This document shows positions 8,351-18,696 of a DNA stretch of 64,000 nucleotides, piece after piece. The first letter of the stretch is position 1, and every line of letters begins with the position of its first letter. The notes below the pieces were generated by a model. It made no database searches. It was not told the DNA's origin and worked only from the letters and a program-made list of their open reading frames with translations. The position numbers and the translations under genes are program-made. Source of the DNA: Anaerovoracaceae bacterium (lineage in GTDB: Bacteria > Bacillota > Clostridia > Peptostreptococcales > Anaerovoracaceae); assembly GCA_041844835.1 (NCBI GenBank), contig JBGZBU010000026.1:7641-71640 (forward strand), in the 5' to 3' direction.

Positions 8351-9799
8351 TCATTTTTGAGCTATGTGCACTTTTATGAGATTTGTGGTGCCTGAAATTC
8401 CGATCGGTACGCCGGCTGTTATTACTACGAGATCTCCGGACTCAATCATCCCTTTTTTTATCGAGTCTCTTACCGATTGTTCAAATTCCATATCGGTAGA
8501 ACTCTGTTTTTCCGTAAGCAGCGGATATACACCCCAAAGAATCGAACAGCGTCTCGCCACTTTTTCAGTATATGTCGATGCAATAATCGGGCAATGAGGA
8601 CGATATACGGAAACCATCCTGGTGGTTCTGCCAGATGCGGTGGTCGTAATTATCGCCTTCGCCTGCAAATCATTTGCGGTCGCACATGTAGCGTTACTTA
8701 TGGCATGCGTAACCGAATGCTTATTTACGCTGAAAAGCAGATTGCGAAATTCATCTATATTTTTCGCAGACTCCGTTCTAAGCGCGATATCACTCATGGT
8801 TTTAACCGCCTCAACGGGATATTTGCCCGCCGCGGTTTCTCCTGACAGCATTATCGCGTCACTGCCGTCAAATATGGCGTTTGCAACATCGGTAACTTCC
8901 GCCCTCGTAGGACGCGGATTTCGCATCATGCTGTCGAGCATCTGTGTTGCTGTAATCACCGGTTTGGAATTTGCTCTGACCTTTCTGATCATCTCTTTTT
9001 GAACGATTGCTATATCTCCCATGGGGATTTCAACTCCCAGATCCCCTCTTGCGACCATCACTCCGTCGGAAACCGCTATGATCTCATCCAGGTTGTCAAC
9101 GCCCTCCTGATTTTCAATTTTTGATATTATGTGTATATCCGCGCCGCCGTTTTCATCGAGAAGTTTACGGATCTCAAGCACATCCGATGCCTTTCTTATA
9201 AAAGAGGCTGCAATAAAATCCACATCATGCTCTATGCCGAACAACAAGTCCGCTCTGTCCTGCTCGGAAATTGCCGGAAGATTGACCTTTATGTTAGGAA
9301 CCGCCACTCCCTTGCGATCTTTGATGATCCCCGGATTTTCCACCACGCATACTATGTCTTCGCCGCTTATTTCTTTCACTATCATGGAAATAAGCCCGTC
9401 ATCTATAAGTATCATATCGCCGATTTTGATGTCATCAATCAAGCCCTTGTAGCTGACCCCGCATATGCGCTCATTGCCGATCACGCCCTCACGCACCGTG
9501 ATGGTGAATTCCTCTCCCTGCTTTAAATTTGCCTGACCGCCCTCAAAGAGCCCCGTTCTTATTTCAGGTCCTTTCGTGTCTAAAAGAATCGCAACAAATT
9601 CATCCAATTCTTTGCGAACTTTCTTGATCGTGTTGATGCGGCGGGCGTGTTCTTCATGTGTACCGTGTGAAAAATTTATACGACAAACATTCATTCCCGC
9701 ACGGGTCATCTCTTTAAGCGTATCCTCGCTGTCGCTTGCAGGACCTATGGTGCATACAATTTTTGTTTTTTTATTCATATTGCCGTTCAACATCTCCAC
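8351..9799 (-). CDS. pyk: Pyruvate kinase
   Basis: The motifs KIVCTIGPA, NFSHG and MVARGDLGVEIP, plus the C-terminal domain, are unambiguous for PK. Confidence 0.95.
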   Translation of the reverse strand: MEMLNGNMNKKTKIVCTIGPASDSEDTLKEMTRAGMNVCRINFSHGTHEEHARRINTIKKVRKELDEFVAILLDTKGPEIRTGLFEGGQANLKQGEEFTITVREGVIGNERICGVSYKGLIDDIKIGDMILIDDGLISMIVKEISGEDIVCVVENPGIIKDRKGVAVPNIKVNLPAISEQDRADLLFGIEHDVDFIAASFIRKASDVLEIRKLLDENGGADIHIISKIENQEGVDNLDEIIAVSDGVMVARGDLGVEIPMGDIAIVQKEMIRKVRANSKPVITATQMLDSMMRNPRPTRAEVTDVANAIFDGSDAIMLSGETAAGKYPVEAVKTMSDIALRTESAKNIDEFRNLLFSVNKHSVTHAISNATCATANDLQAKAIITTTASGRTTRMVSVYRPHCPIIASTYTEKVARRCSILWGVYPLLTEKQSSTDMEFEQSVRDSIKKGMIESGDLVVITAGVPIGISGTTNLIKVHIAQK

Positions 9800-9915
9800 C
9801 TCACTTTGTTTACCTATACGGCATGGTTATGCAGCATAATCTTAATCTTCGCACACTATCAAAACAAGTTGACGAAACAAATTGTCCTCACAGATATCGA
9901 TATATAAAAAGCAGC

Positions 9916-10938
9916 TTATATAAACTGCTTTTTGCGATTCAATTTGGTGTTTTCAAGCATTTCTATGGATTCAAGCGCAAGTCCGGTTCCGACCGCCACA
10001 CAGGACATCGGATCGTCAGCTATTCGCACATCAATTCCCGTCCTTGCCTTTATCCTTTTGTCGATTCCCGAAAGCAAGGCACCGCCGCCCGTAACCACTA
10101 TACCCGCATTGCTTATATCCGCAGCGAGCTCCGGCGGCGTGCGTTCAAGCACGCTGTGAACCGCATCGCATATCGACTGCAACGGTTCATCAAGCGCTTC
10201 AAGCATTTCTTCAGATGTCACGATCACCGATTTCGGCAATCCCGTGGAAAGATCTCTTCCCCTGCACTCCATGCTCACCGACTCGTCCCGTGCATATGCC
10301 GTCCCTATATTTTTCTTAAGATCCTCTCCGGTTCTGTCTCCTATATACAGTTTGTGCTCACGCTTCATGAATTTTACTATCGCATCGTCAAACTTGTCTC
10401 CGGCTATTTTAATCGAAGCGTTGGTAACTATTGAGCCCAGTGAAATTGTTGCAATGTCCGTGGTTCCTCCGCCGATATCTATAACCATTACGCCGTCCGG
10501 TTTTGAGATATCGATTCCCGCTCCTATCGCTGCTGCAACGGGCTCTTCCATGAGATACACGGATTTGCCCCCCGCCTGCATCGCCGCTTTTTGAACGGCG
10601 CGTTTTTCAACCTCGGTTACACCGCTCGGCACGCACACCATAATCCGCGGCTTGAAAAATCGTCCGGTGCCGCCCGTTTTTTTAATAAAATACTTAAGCA
10701 TGCGTTCTGTTATGTCGTAATCCGAAATAACTCCGTCCTTAAGCGGTCTTACCGCAATAATATTCGCAGGTGTACGACCGAGCATCTGCCTCGCCTCCTC
10801 ACCTACGGCAAGTATATCGTCAGTCTCTCTTTCCAGTGCCACCACGGTGGGCTCCTGAAGAATGATTCCTTTACCTTTTACATATACGCAGACATTCGCC
10901 GTCCCCAAATCTATACCGATATCATCTGAAAATGCCAT
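9916..10938 (-). CDS. mreB: Rod-shape determining protein MreB/Mbl
   Basis: The actin-fold motifs DIGIDLGTANV and VIDIGGGTTD are present, and the length is 340 aa. Confidence 0.9.
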   Translation of the reverse strand: MAFSDDIGIDLGTANVCVYVKGKGIILQEPTVVALERETDDILAVGEEARQMLGRTPANIIAVRPLKDGVISDYDITERMLKYFIKKTGGTGRFFKPRIMVCVPSGVTEVEKRAVQKAAMQAGGKSVYLMEEPVAAAIGAGIDISKPDGVMVIDIGGGTTDIATISLGSIVTNASIKIAGDKFDDAIVKFMKREHKLYIGDRTGEDLKKNIGTAYARDESVSMECRGRDLSTGLPKSVIVTSEEMLEALDEPLQSICDAVHSVLERTPPELAADISNAGIVVTGGGALLSGIDKRIKARTGIDVRIADDPMSCVAVGTGLALESIEMLENTKLNRKKQFI

Positions 10939-10953
10939 ATTGTTTCCCCTTTC

Positions 10954-12171
10954 TCACTTTTCAAGGACTCTTGCGGCAAAACCTTTGCCGAACTCCTCAG
11001 CTTCCTTTAATGCCGATTCCGTCGGCTTGAATTTACACCTGAAACCGTCTCCGTAAACTTCCATTTTGAGCTGCTCAAGGCGCTGCAGAATGTGCGGCAC
11101 AGCTTCTCCCGACCAGCCGAAATCTCCAAAAGCCGAGCCCACTTTACCGGAATATACGCGCGGCAACATGGCGCTTAAAATATTCCACACCGGCTCGATC
11201 GCTTCTCCGACAAATGTGGGAGAGCCGAACAGCACTCCGTCCGCGACCTCCAGCTCATTCATGAGCCCCGCCATTTCCTCGGCGGAAATTCCTTCAAGAT
11301 TATGCTCCCTGACGTCGACATCACCCGCTGAATGAATTCCGCGAACGATCGCATCTTTCAGCATTGCCGTATAACCGTATGCCGAAGCGTACGGCACCAC
11401 TATCGTCTTTTTATCACCCTTTGCCGGAACGAGTGCAAGCTGCCTGTATACATTTACGACTTCTGCTATATCCGTATCAATAACAGGGCCATGTCCCGTC
11501 GCTATCATGATGATATTGAGATTTTTAATCCTATCAATCCCCGACAGAACAAATTCTTTAAACGGCGCCATTATGCAGGCAAAATAAAATTCCATTGCGC
11601 CCATAAAGGCCGCGCGTTCCGACTGAGACATGGCAGACAGCGTGATCGCCTCGGCGCAGTAATGCGCCCCGAACATGTCACAGCTGACAAGAATTCCGTC
11701 ATTTTCAATATATGTAAACATGGTATCGGGCCAATGAAGATTCGGAGCGTGAATAAATTTGAGCGTCTTTCCTCCTAGCTCCAGACTTCCGCCGTCCTCC
11801 GTCTTGAGCGACTTGAAATCCGAATTAATTATTTCTGAAAGACATCTCAGGGCAAACGGAGTCGCAACCACCGTGATTTCCGGATTGTCCTGCAGCAGCC
11901 GTTCGATTCCCCCGGCATGATCCGGCTCGGTGTGATTAACCACCAGATATTTTATATCGCTCAGGCTCGTCAGTTTTTTCAGCCTCTCCGCATATTCGTC
12001 ATAAAACTGAGCTTTGGTGCAGTCAAAAAGCACATCGCCGAGCGGGGTTCTCAAAAGATAAGAATTGTATGAACTGCCGAACTCCGTATCCATCACGATG
12101 TCAAATATTTTAAGATCCTTATCAAGCGTCCCTACCCAATAGAAATCATCCGCAAGCCGTTTAATATCCAT
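10954..12171 (-). CDS. Flavodiiron protein (FprA family: metallo-beta-lactamase-like plus flavodoxin domains)
   Basis: It has the di-iron motif HTEPDHAGG and a C-terminal flavodoxin-like domain. The start is set at MDIKRL, which has a GGAGGAGGAG RBS. Confidence 0.8.
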   Translation of the reverse strand: MDIKRLADDFYWVGTLDKDLKIFDIVMDTEFGSSYNSYLLRTPLGDVLFDCTKAQFYDEYAERLKKLTSLSDIKYLVVNHTEPDHAGGIERLLQDNPEITVVATPFALRCLSEIINSDFKSLKTEDGGSLELGGKTLKFIHAPNLHWPDTMFTYIENDGILVSCDMFGAHYCAEAITLSAMSQSERAAFMGAMEFYFACIMAPFKEFVLSGIDRIKNLNIIMIATGHGPVIDTDIAEVVNVYRQLALVPAKGDKKTIVVPYASAYGYTAMLKDAIVRGIHSAGDVDVREHNLEGISAEEMAGLMNELEVADGVLFGSPTFVGEAIEPVWNILSAMLPRVYSGKVGSAFGDFGWSGEAVPHILQRLEQLKMEVYGDGFRCKFKPTESALKEAEEFGKGFAARVLEK

Positions 12172-12516
12172 ACTCTCCTCCTCCACAAGCTCATCTTGAA
12201 TGTTGACAATCAAACCCGCTGTCGCAAGTCTTTTTATTGCGTTTATTCTATCACATCACATGCTTTAAAGCAAAGCAATGCAGGCAAAACTTATGTCGAT
12301 ATCATGTCAATGTCATGCCCTCGATCATGATGCCTCACATCATTTGAATTTCTTATTTATGCAATACCACAAATAAAATATTCCACATTCGCGATATTGA
12401 TGATACGCTGCGCTACGGTGACAAAGTCAATGCTTTATCCCCATCGGTCATGAAACCGTTTACATTGAGTAATCTAGCGATTCCGAGGCTTGTTATGAAA
12501 ACAACAATGTTTTTAA

Positions 12517-12545
12517 TTGAATACATTTTTATTGTTTAGTATAAT
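12517..12545 (+). promoter_or_regulatory. Sigma-70-type promoter upstream of the AGCS transporter
   Basis: TTGAAT (12517-12522), a 17-nt spacer, then TATAAT (12540-12545). Confidence 0.55.
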
Positions 12546-12632
12546 ACACGTATGTAAAACGAAAGCCCCAATTTTTTAATTGTTTATTCATCATCCGGGG
12601 TTTCTTTTTTCAAGTTATTATAGGAGGGTTTT

Positions 12633-14033
12633 ATGAATCTTATTGCAAAAATCAACGCGGCCGTCAATTCGGTCGTATGGGGACCGCCGATGTTGATTCT
12701 ATTGGTCGGGACCGGTATTCTTCTGACATTCATGACAAAGGGATTTCAGTTTAGGAAATTCGGTTATGCGATGAAAAACACGCTCGGCAAAATTTTCAAG
12801 AAACATGAAGCGGGAGATGGCGAGATCACCCCGTTCCAGGCGGTTTCAACAGCACTCGCGGCAACTGTGGGAACAGGAAATATTGCGGGAATCACCGCCG
12901 CAATTACGCTGGGCGGCGCCGGAACGCTTTTCTGGCTGTGGATTACGGCGCTTTTCGGCATGGTTACCAAATATGCGGAGATTACTCTTGCCGTTAAGTA
13001 TCGTGAAAGAAACAATCTGGGCGACTGGGTCGGAGGTCCGATGTATTACATCAAAAATGGACTTGGTGAAAAATGGGCGTGGCTCGGCGGAATTTTCAGT
13101 ATTTTTGCAGCGCTCGCAGCATTCGGTATAGGAAATGCCGTGCAGGTCGGAAACATAGTCAGCTCCGTAAATACCGCAATTGTATCGTTTAATCCCGATT
13201 TTCAGGGGCAGTCGACCGTTAATCTGGTTCTGGGACTTGTGCTCGCCGGACTTGTAGCAATCGTGCTCTTCGGCGGCGTAAAGCGTCTCGGCGCGGTTAC
13301 TGAAAAATTGGTGCCGATAATGGCGGTTGTTTACATTATTGCATGTCTCAGCGTTGTCATTGCATACGCAAACACCATTCCGGGAATTTTTCATGATATT
13401 TTCGTCGGAGCATTTACGCCTAGAGGCGTTACGGGAGGTACCGTCGCTTCTGTCGTAACCGTAATAACATGGGGTGTTAAACGCGGTGTGTTCTCGAACG
13501 AGGCAGGGCTTGGTTCCGCACCTATAGCGCATGCCACCACATCTGAAAAAAATCCTGTAAAACAAGGCCTTTACGGTATCTTTGAAGTATTCCTCGATAC
13601 GATCGTAATTTGTACTCTTACGGGACTGACCTTATTGTGTGCGGCTGAAGGTGCCGGACTTGATCTTAATTACGGCGTGCGCGGCGATACGGCTCTGAAT
13701 GCAAGCGCTATCGGATCACTTGTAGGAGCACAGGGTGGCGCGTTAATTATTGCCGTGGGAATAGTCCTGTTTGCATTCTCCACTTTGCTGAGTTGGGCGC
13801 TTTACGGCACTCGTGCATGTGAATTCGTGTTCGGATCAAAATCGATAAAGCCGTATCAGATTTTGTACATCATTGTGGTAGTTGTAGGCGCCACCATGAA
13901 GCTTGATCTCGCGTGGGAGATAGCGGATACTTTGAACGGGTTTATGGCAATTCCGAATCTTATCGCAATAGTTGCTCTTTCCAAAATAATTGTTACCGTT
14001 ACGAAGGAGCATTTTCAAAACGGAGACAACTAG
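12633..14033 (+). CDS. Alanine/glycine:cation symporter (AGCS family)
   Basis: The protein is 466 aa. The sequence GEITPFQAVSTALAATVGTGNIAG is characteristic of sodium:alanine symporters. Confidence 0.85.
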   Translation: MNLIAKINAAVNSVVWGPPMLILLVGTGILLTFMTKGFQFRKFGYAMKNTLGKIFKKHEAGDGEITPFQAVSTALAATVGTGNIAGITAAITLGGAGTLFWLWITALFGMVTKYAEITLAVKYRERNNLGDWVGGPMYYIKNGLGEKWAWLGGIFSIFAALAAFGIGNAVQVGNIVSSVNTAIVSFNPDFQGQSTVNLVLGLVLAGLVAIVLFGGVKRLGAVTEKLVPIMAVVYIIACLSVVIAYANTIPGIFHDIFVGAFTPRGVTGGTVASVVTVITWGVKRGVFSNEAGLGSAPIAHATTSEKNPVKQGLYGIFEVFLDTIVICTLTGLTLLCAAEGAGLDLNYGVRGDTALNASAIGSLVGAQGGALIIAVGIVLFAFSTLLSWALYGTRACEFVFGSKSIKPYQILYIIVVVVGATMKLDLAWEIADTLNGFMAIPNLIAIVALSKIIVTVTKEHFQNGDN

Positions 14034-14110
14034 CCGAAGCAAGCGGGATATAATCAAACCCGGATATCTGGATATAATCAATCTGTGAATTTACTGTGAA
14101 TTTAAATTCA

Positions 14111-14138
14111 AAAACCCTGCTCTAATTGCAGGGTTTTT
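14111..14138. terminator. Bidirectional intrinsic terminator
   Basis: AAAACCCTGC-tctaatt-GCAGGGTTTT forms the hairpin, followed by T. It overlaps the last codons of the convergent LytTR ORF. Confidence 0.75.
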
Positions 14139-14700
14139 GAATTGGTACCGTTTTAATGTTGCGTGATACATAAGCATGCCTTGCAATCGCATATTCACGA
14201 TAACGGCTTCGTATATTGCGGCAGCATGCCTCCGACAGCAGGAGGATCACGCCGCGCTCAAAGATTATGTGCGCACGCGATATCTCAATTACATTCGCAA
14301 GATTTATAATAATGCTTTTATTACATCGAAAAAATCCGTCATAAAGTCGACAATCTATTTCTCCGATTTTTGCGTATACGTATGTTTCTCCATGGATGTG
14401 CCTGAAGAGGATTTTTCTTTCCCTCTGCTCCAGAAAATAGATATCATCAAAATTAATGCGCGTGATACAAGCGCGATTCTCCAAAACAAAACTGCCCACA
14501 GAATCACCTCCAAAACAATCGCATTCCCAAAAATCAAACATTGATAATAAATGAAAAACAATGCTTACAGGAGTGTCGAAAGCGCATATTATATTCTTGA
14601 AGAAAGAAAGAAGATATTCTTCTGTATACATACAGCATAGCTCAAGCATCCCATGTATACAGAAGTCCGACTTGTTTTTTGCAAAGCTGATGAGATGCAA
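14122..14700 (-). CDS. LytTR DNA-binding domain protein with no recognisable receiver domain
   Basis: The C-terminal half resembles LytTR (ITRINFDDIYFLEQRERKILFRHIHGETYVYAKIGEI...FFRCNKSIIINLANV). The N-terminal region is Cys-rich and unassigned. The start is uncertain. Confidence 0.55.
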   Translation of the reverse strand: MHLISFAKNKSDFCIHGMLELCCMYTEEYLLSFFKNIICAFDTPVSIVFHLLSMFDFWECDCFGGDSVGSFVLENRACITRINFDDIYFLEQRERKILFRHIHGETYVYAKIGEIDCRLYDGFFRCNKSIIINLANVIEISRAHIIFERGVILLLSEACCRNIRSRYREYAIARHAYVSRNIKTVPIQKPCN

Positions 14701-14726
14701 AAATCGCCTTTTCGCCGCGTGAGTTC

Positions 14727-15143
14727 TTATTCATTAAGCAAATTTTTCATGTATTCCATTGTTTTTTCCTGCTGCTCATTGTTCATTTTTGTGAAAATAT
14801 CCAGCATTTTTTCCAGATTTGCTGAAAAATTCGAGTCTTTCGATCCGTATTCACATGCAGGATCTTCGGCAATTTTCATCGAATATAAAGACCCGCTGTT
14901 TGAATTTTCTTCTTCATTCAATCCAAGCAGATAATCCGTCGTCGTCCCAAGACCTATAGCAATTGCCGCAAGATTTTTCAAACTTGGCTGAAATTTCCCG
15001 CTTTCATAGCCGCTTATCGCTTCTTGCGTGATTCCGATTCGCACGGCAAGTCCGACTTGTGTAAGGCGCGCCCTTTCTCTGAGCACGATCATGCGTTCCG
15101 TACGCAAAGATACATTTTGTTCACCGTAATATCCTACACCCAT
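14727..15143 (-). CDS. XRE-family helix-turn-helix transcriptional regulator
   Basis: The HTH is LRERARLTQVGLAVRIGITQEAISGYESGKFQPSLKNL. Confidence 0.8.
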   Translation of the reverse strand: MGVGYYGEQNVSLRTERMIVLRERARLTQVGLAVRIGITQEAISGYESGKFQPSLKNLAAIAIGLGTTTDYLLGLNEEENSNSGSLYSMKIAEDPACEYGSKDSNFSANLEKMLDIFTKMNNEQQEKTMEYMKNLLNE

Positions 15144-15260
15144 ACTTCATCTCCTGATAAGTGAAATTTGATATTTTTCATAAATTCTATAAGTTATGCT
15201 TATGATGAAATAGAAGCAAGGGTTATATTATAAATTTCAACAATCCTTGTGTTTCAATAT

Positions 15261-15295
15261 AAAATCCGCAGGTATCACGCCGCCTGCGGATTTTT
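15261..15295. terminator. Bidirectional intrinsic terminator
   Basis: AAAATCCGCAGG-N10-CCTGCGGATTTT, with flanking A and T runs. Confidence 0.75.
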
Positions 15296-15344
15296 GTACT
15301 TTTGATATGCGTTTGTGCAGTTTTACATTTATTTCAGCTATAGT

Positions 15345-16715
15345 TTAAAGAAAAAATATCAACGTGTCCAAAATAAATATCGGAATGAGAATAGCGCCGG
15401 ACCACATCATATAGCCGAAGAATGACGGCATTTTAATCTTGTTTTCCTCCGCAATTGCTTTGACCATGAAATTAGGAGCATTTCCTATATATGTGTTCGC
15501 TCCCATAAATACCGCACCGGCCGAAACCGCGATCAAATTGACGGGCAATATGGTTCCGACCGCCGTCATAAGACCGGTCTGTGAGCCGAGTGCCGCCGCC
15601 GTCGTCATAAACACGAGGTATGTAGGCGCATTGTCGAGGAAGGACGATAAAAGTCCCGTAGCCCAGAAAAAGTGCCACGGAGAACTGAGCCCCAGCTCCG
15701 CACCGTTTGCATGAAGAAGCGCAAGCGCCGGAATCATTGTGATGAAGATTCCGATAAACAGCTCCGCCACCTCCTTTATCGGAGCAAATGTAAATCCGTT
15801 CAACTCGCGAGTCGCTTTTTTCGTGGTTTTCATTGAAAGCACCGCTGCGATCAGTATCAGAATAATTTGTACGAACCAATTTATTTGCAGACGTATTCCC
15901 TCAAATATATCAATGCCGATAATCCTTCCCGTTTCATCTTTCAACGAATCCATCGTTCCCAATGTCCCGTTAAGTATAACGGTGAAAACTATCATTCCGA
16001 TGAAGATGAAATTGTGAGCTCCCTCAATTCTGAGCGGCTCTTTTTCAGCATTCCCCATAGCGTCTTTCGGACTGCGACCGGCGGCGAGCTCTTTTTTATA
16101 TGCACGCGTGTCCAGTATAAAAAATACAACCGAGAGAACCACAATATTTAAGAGCATAATAGGGAGCAATCTCATTGTCCAGAAAAACGGCACACCTCTT
16201 AAAAATCCGAGGAACAGAGGCGGATCCCCCACAGGGGTAAGCGAACCGCCGATATTTGCCACCATGAAGATGAAGAAGATCACAACATGTGCCTTTTTCT
16301 CGCGCCACTGATTAGCCCTGATGATGGGTCTTATAAAAAGCATAGCTGCTCCCGTTGTTCCGATCCAGCTGGAGAGCAGGGTCCCGATTAGAAGTATCGC
16401 CAAATTGACCTTGGGCGTTCCCGCAAGCGTACCCTTTAAAGCGATGCCCCCCGCAGCGACAAAGAGTCCAAACAGCAGTACTATGAACGGTACATAGTCG
16501 AGCAGCACGATCTCGAGGAGATTGAATGTAAGGACTTTTCCCCCGAAGGCAACACCGAAAGGGATTAAAAAGAGAAGCGACCAGAAAATCGAAATTTTAA
16601 ATAAATTATGCTCCCACCATTCCGGCTTGACCAGCGGGCATATCGCTATGGACAGCAGCATTCCCACAAAAGGAATTATACTCCATAGCGGCAGGAGTTC
16701 ACCAATGTTGTGCAT
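15345..16715 (-). CDS. ArsB/NhaD-superfamily ion transporter (annotated in homologs as a sodium:proton antiporter)
   Basis: The 456-aa protein is polytopic and has two hydrophobic halves separated by a charged loop. Confidence 0.6.
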   Translation of the reverse strand: MHNIGELLPLWSIIPFVGMLLSIAICPLVKPEWWEHNLFKISIFWSLLFLIPFGVAFGGKVLTFNLLEIVLLDYVPFIVLLFGLFVAAGGIALKGTLAGTPKVNLAILLIGTLLSSWIGTTGAAMLFIRPIIRANQWREKKAHVVIFFIFMVANIGGSLTPVGDPPLFLGFLRGVPFFWTMRLLPIMLLNIVVLSVVFFILDTRAYKKELAAGRSPKDAMGNAEKEPLRIEGAHNFIFIGMIVFTVILNGTLGTMDSLKDETGRIIGIDIFEGIRLQINWFVQIILILIAAVLSMKTTKKATRELNGFTFAPIKEVAELFIGIFITMIPALALLHANGAELGLSSPWHFFWATGLLSSFLDNAPTYLVFMTTAAALGSQTGLMTAVGTILPVNLIAVSAGAVFMGANTYIGNAPNFMVKAIAEENKIKMPSFFGYMMWSGAILIPIFILDTLIFFL

Positions 16716-16970
16716 GTCTATGCTCCTTTCAAAATTATGACTTGAAAATCGTAAAAATAATTAAATTTTTGTCTCCACGACAATTAGGAATTATACCACC
16801 TTATACCTGAATCGTAAAGGCATTTTAACCGCTCCCGACATGGTTTGAAAATTTGAAAAAATGAGTAAAAAATGCTATTCTGATGACATAAGCTGTCAGA
16901 GCGGCACATCGATGCGGCGTGTCGTGTTGTGCGGGATTTATTTGTGTTATATATCTTCGAGGAGGAATTT

Positions 16971-17495
16971 TTGAAAATCAGATTTGCGGGAACGGGCGAC
17001 GCTCCGTCAATTGAAAAGTGGATTAAAAAAATAGGAGATTATCAGAGGATGGAATCCGGCGTAAATGTTGAATCTGCGGATATTCAAAGATTGCTTGCAG
17101 ACGGATGTGCAAAAGTTGCTCTGGGGTATGAAGAAAAGAAATATGAAAAAGGGGCGCGGGGAGAAGCGAAGCGGAGAGAAAATGCGCGGGATGAAAAAAT
17201 AGTTGCAATGGCATATTTCTTTGAAATATCATCTTCGTTTACGGGATCAAAAGGAATATTCATAGATGCTCTGATCGTCGATGAAACCCTGCGAAACAGC
17301 GGAATCGGAAAGCAAATGCTGAAATTTATAGCGCGCTATGCTCTGGATAATGACTGCACGCGTATTCAATGGCTGTGTCTTGATTGGAATTTGAGCGCCA
17401 TGGACTTTTATGAAAAAATAGGCGCAACGAAATGCGACAATTTGATCACATATCGCATGGAACTGTCCGCAATGCGGGAATTGCTGAAAGTATGA
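16971..17495 (+). CDS. GNAT-family N-acetyltransferase
   Basis: The acetyl-CoA motif is VDETLRNSGIGKQMLKF. The likely start is the TTG at 16971 after GAGGAGGA; the ORF track starts at 16929. It contains a Lys/Arg/Glu-rich insert. Confidence 0.7.
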   Translation: MKIRFAGTGDAPSIEKWIKKIGDYQRMESGVNVESADIQRLLADGCAKVALGYEEKKYEKGARGEAKRRENARDEKIVAMAYFFEISSSFTGSKGIFIDALIVDETLRNSGIGKQMLKFIARYALDNDCTRIQWLCLDWNLSAMDFYEKIGATKCDNLITYRMELSAMRELLKV

Positions 17496-17515
17496 CGCGG
17501 GAATTCCTGAAATCG

Positions 17516-18115
17516 TCAAATCTCGTTCCTGTAAATGTGTACCGGCACATCACCGAATCCCGGATATGCATCAAATGTGTGAATGCATCTGAATCCGTGC
17601 TCCGCATATATTTTACGCGCGCCATGCCACTCACTGCTGACCATCAAATAAATACTCTTAAGCGCGGGGTGCGAAACTCTGATTCTGGCAAGCGATTCCC
17701 TAAAAAAGAATCGCCCGATGCTGCTCTTTTCAGCGGCATTCCTGTTTGCGGCATGATTGACCTTTTTCCCTCTGTAACTCGGATGTATATTAAATGAGGA
17801 TATGTACAAAGTCGTGCCGCTGTCATACTGCATGGATGATGCCATGTGCCCCAGTCGAAAAGCTGTTTCAAAATCCTCGGGTTCATCGCACCATATCTCG
17901 GAAAAGAAACTCCCCACTACCTGAGAATCCTCCCCGCAAAGAACATAATTCGTTGATGATCCGGAGCTGATTCTGTCGAGGAAAACAGATTCTTCCTCCA
18001 TTATATCTTCGTCAAAACTGAGCGACTCCAGTTCCATTATCGCGCTGATATCCGACTGCTCCGCTTCACGAATTGAAATCCCAAAAAGCGATCCGCCAGC
18101 TGCGTTCAGTCTCAT
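17516..18115 (-). CDS. GNAT-family N-acetyltransferase
   Basis: The pattern IHPSYRGKKVNH...ESLARI... is GNAT-like. It is convergent with the previous GNAT gene. Confidence 0.6.
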   Translation of the reverse strand: MRLNAAGGSLFGISIREAEQSDISAIMELESLSFDEDIMEEESVFLDRISSGSSTNYVLCGEDSQVVGSFFSEIWCDEPEDFETAFRLGHMASSMQYDSGTTLYISSFNIHPSYRGKKVNHAANRNAAEKSSIGRFFFRESLARIRVSHPALKSIYLMVSSEWHGARKIYAEHGFRCIHTFDAYPGFGDVPVHIYRNEI

Positions 18116-18175
18116 AGGAACCCTCCTTTTTTATGATTGATAATTTCATGATTCATAACAGAATCCCTGTATATT

Positions 18176-18670
18176 TTACTTGTGATATTTTTCGTTATTA
18201 TTTATCTTGAACGCCCGATATATCTGCTCAAGCAGTATGGGTCTCATCATTTGATGCGTAAAAGTCAAATCGGAAAATGACATCAATTCGTCAGCCTCAC
18301 GTCTGACCGAATCGGAAAATCCGAGAGAACCGCCTATAAGAAAAGTGATACGGCTTCTCCCGTCAAGCGCAAGTCTGCCGAGATGCTCGGCAAACCCCGG
18401 AGATGAATACTTTTTCCCCGACGGATCAAGCGCAATTATATAATCCCGACCGGAATCGACAGGGCGGGCTTCTTGCAGCAGCGCCGCCTCTTCCGCCTCA
18501 CGCACAATTTCCTCATCGGCAGGCGAAGCGTTGGCGGGCAGTCGCGCTTCTCTGAGCTCCGCTATTTCAAGCTTGCAATATGAGGATAAACGTTTCTCAT
18601 ACTCTCCCACCGCTTCACGCCAATAGCTCTCTTTTAATTTCCCTATGCATATAATCCTTATATTCAACAT
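18176..18670 (-). CDS. rlmH: 23S rRNA (pseudouridine1915-N3)-methyltransferase RlmH
   Basis: It has MLNIRIICIGKLKESYWREAVGEYEKRL and the C-terminal SPOUT knot FSDLTFTHQMMR. There is an acidic insert. Confidence 0.9.
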   Translation of the reverse strand: MLNIRIICIGKLKESYWREAVGEYEKRLSSYCKLEIAELREARLPANASPADEEIVREAEEAALLQEARPVDSGRDYIIALDPSGKKYSSPGFAEHLGRLALDGRSRITFLIGGSLGFSDSVRREADELMSFSDLTFTHQMMRPILLEQIYRAFKINNNEKYHK

Positions 18671-18696
18671 CTCAAGCGCCCTATCAAAATTCCGAA

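Noticed and set aside
12240-12632. A possible glycine riboswitch or T-box upstream of the alanine/glycine symporter.
   Set aside because: I could not find the conserved GGAGAG...CACCG...CTCTGGAGAG cores of a glycine riboswitch, nor a T-box sequence. Only a weak terminator-like hairpin is reported.
14043-14100. Short direct repeats (GGATATAATCAA twice, CTGTGAATTTA twice) after the symporter gene.
   Set aside because: They are very short, adjacent to a terminator, and explainable by slippage. No functional signal is evident.
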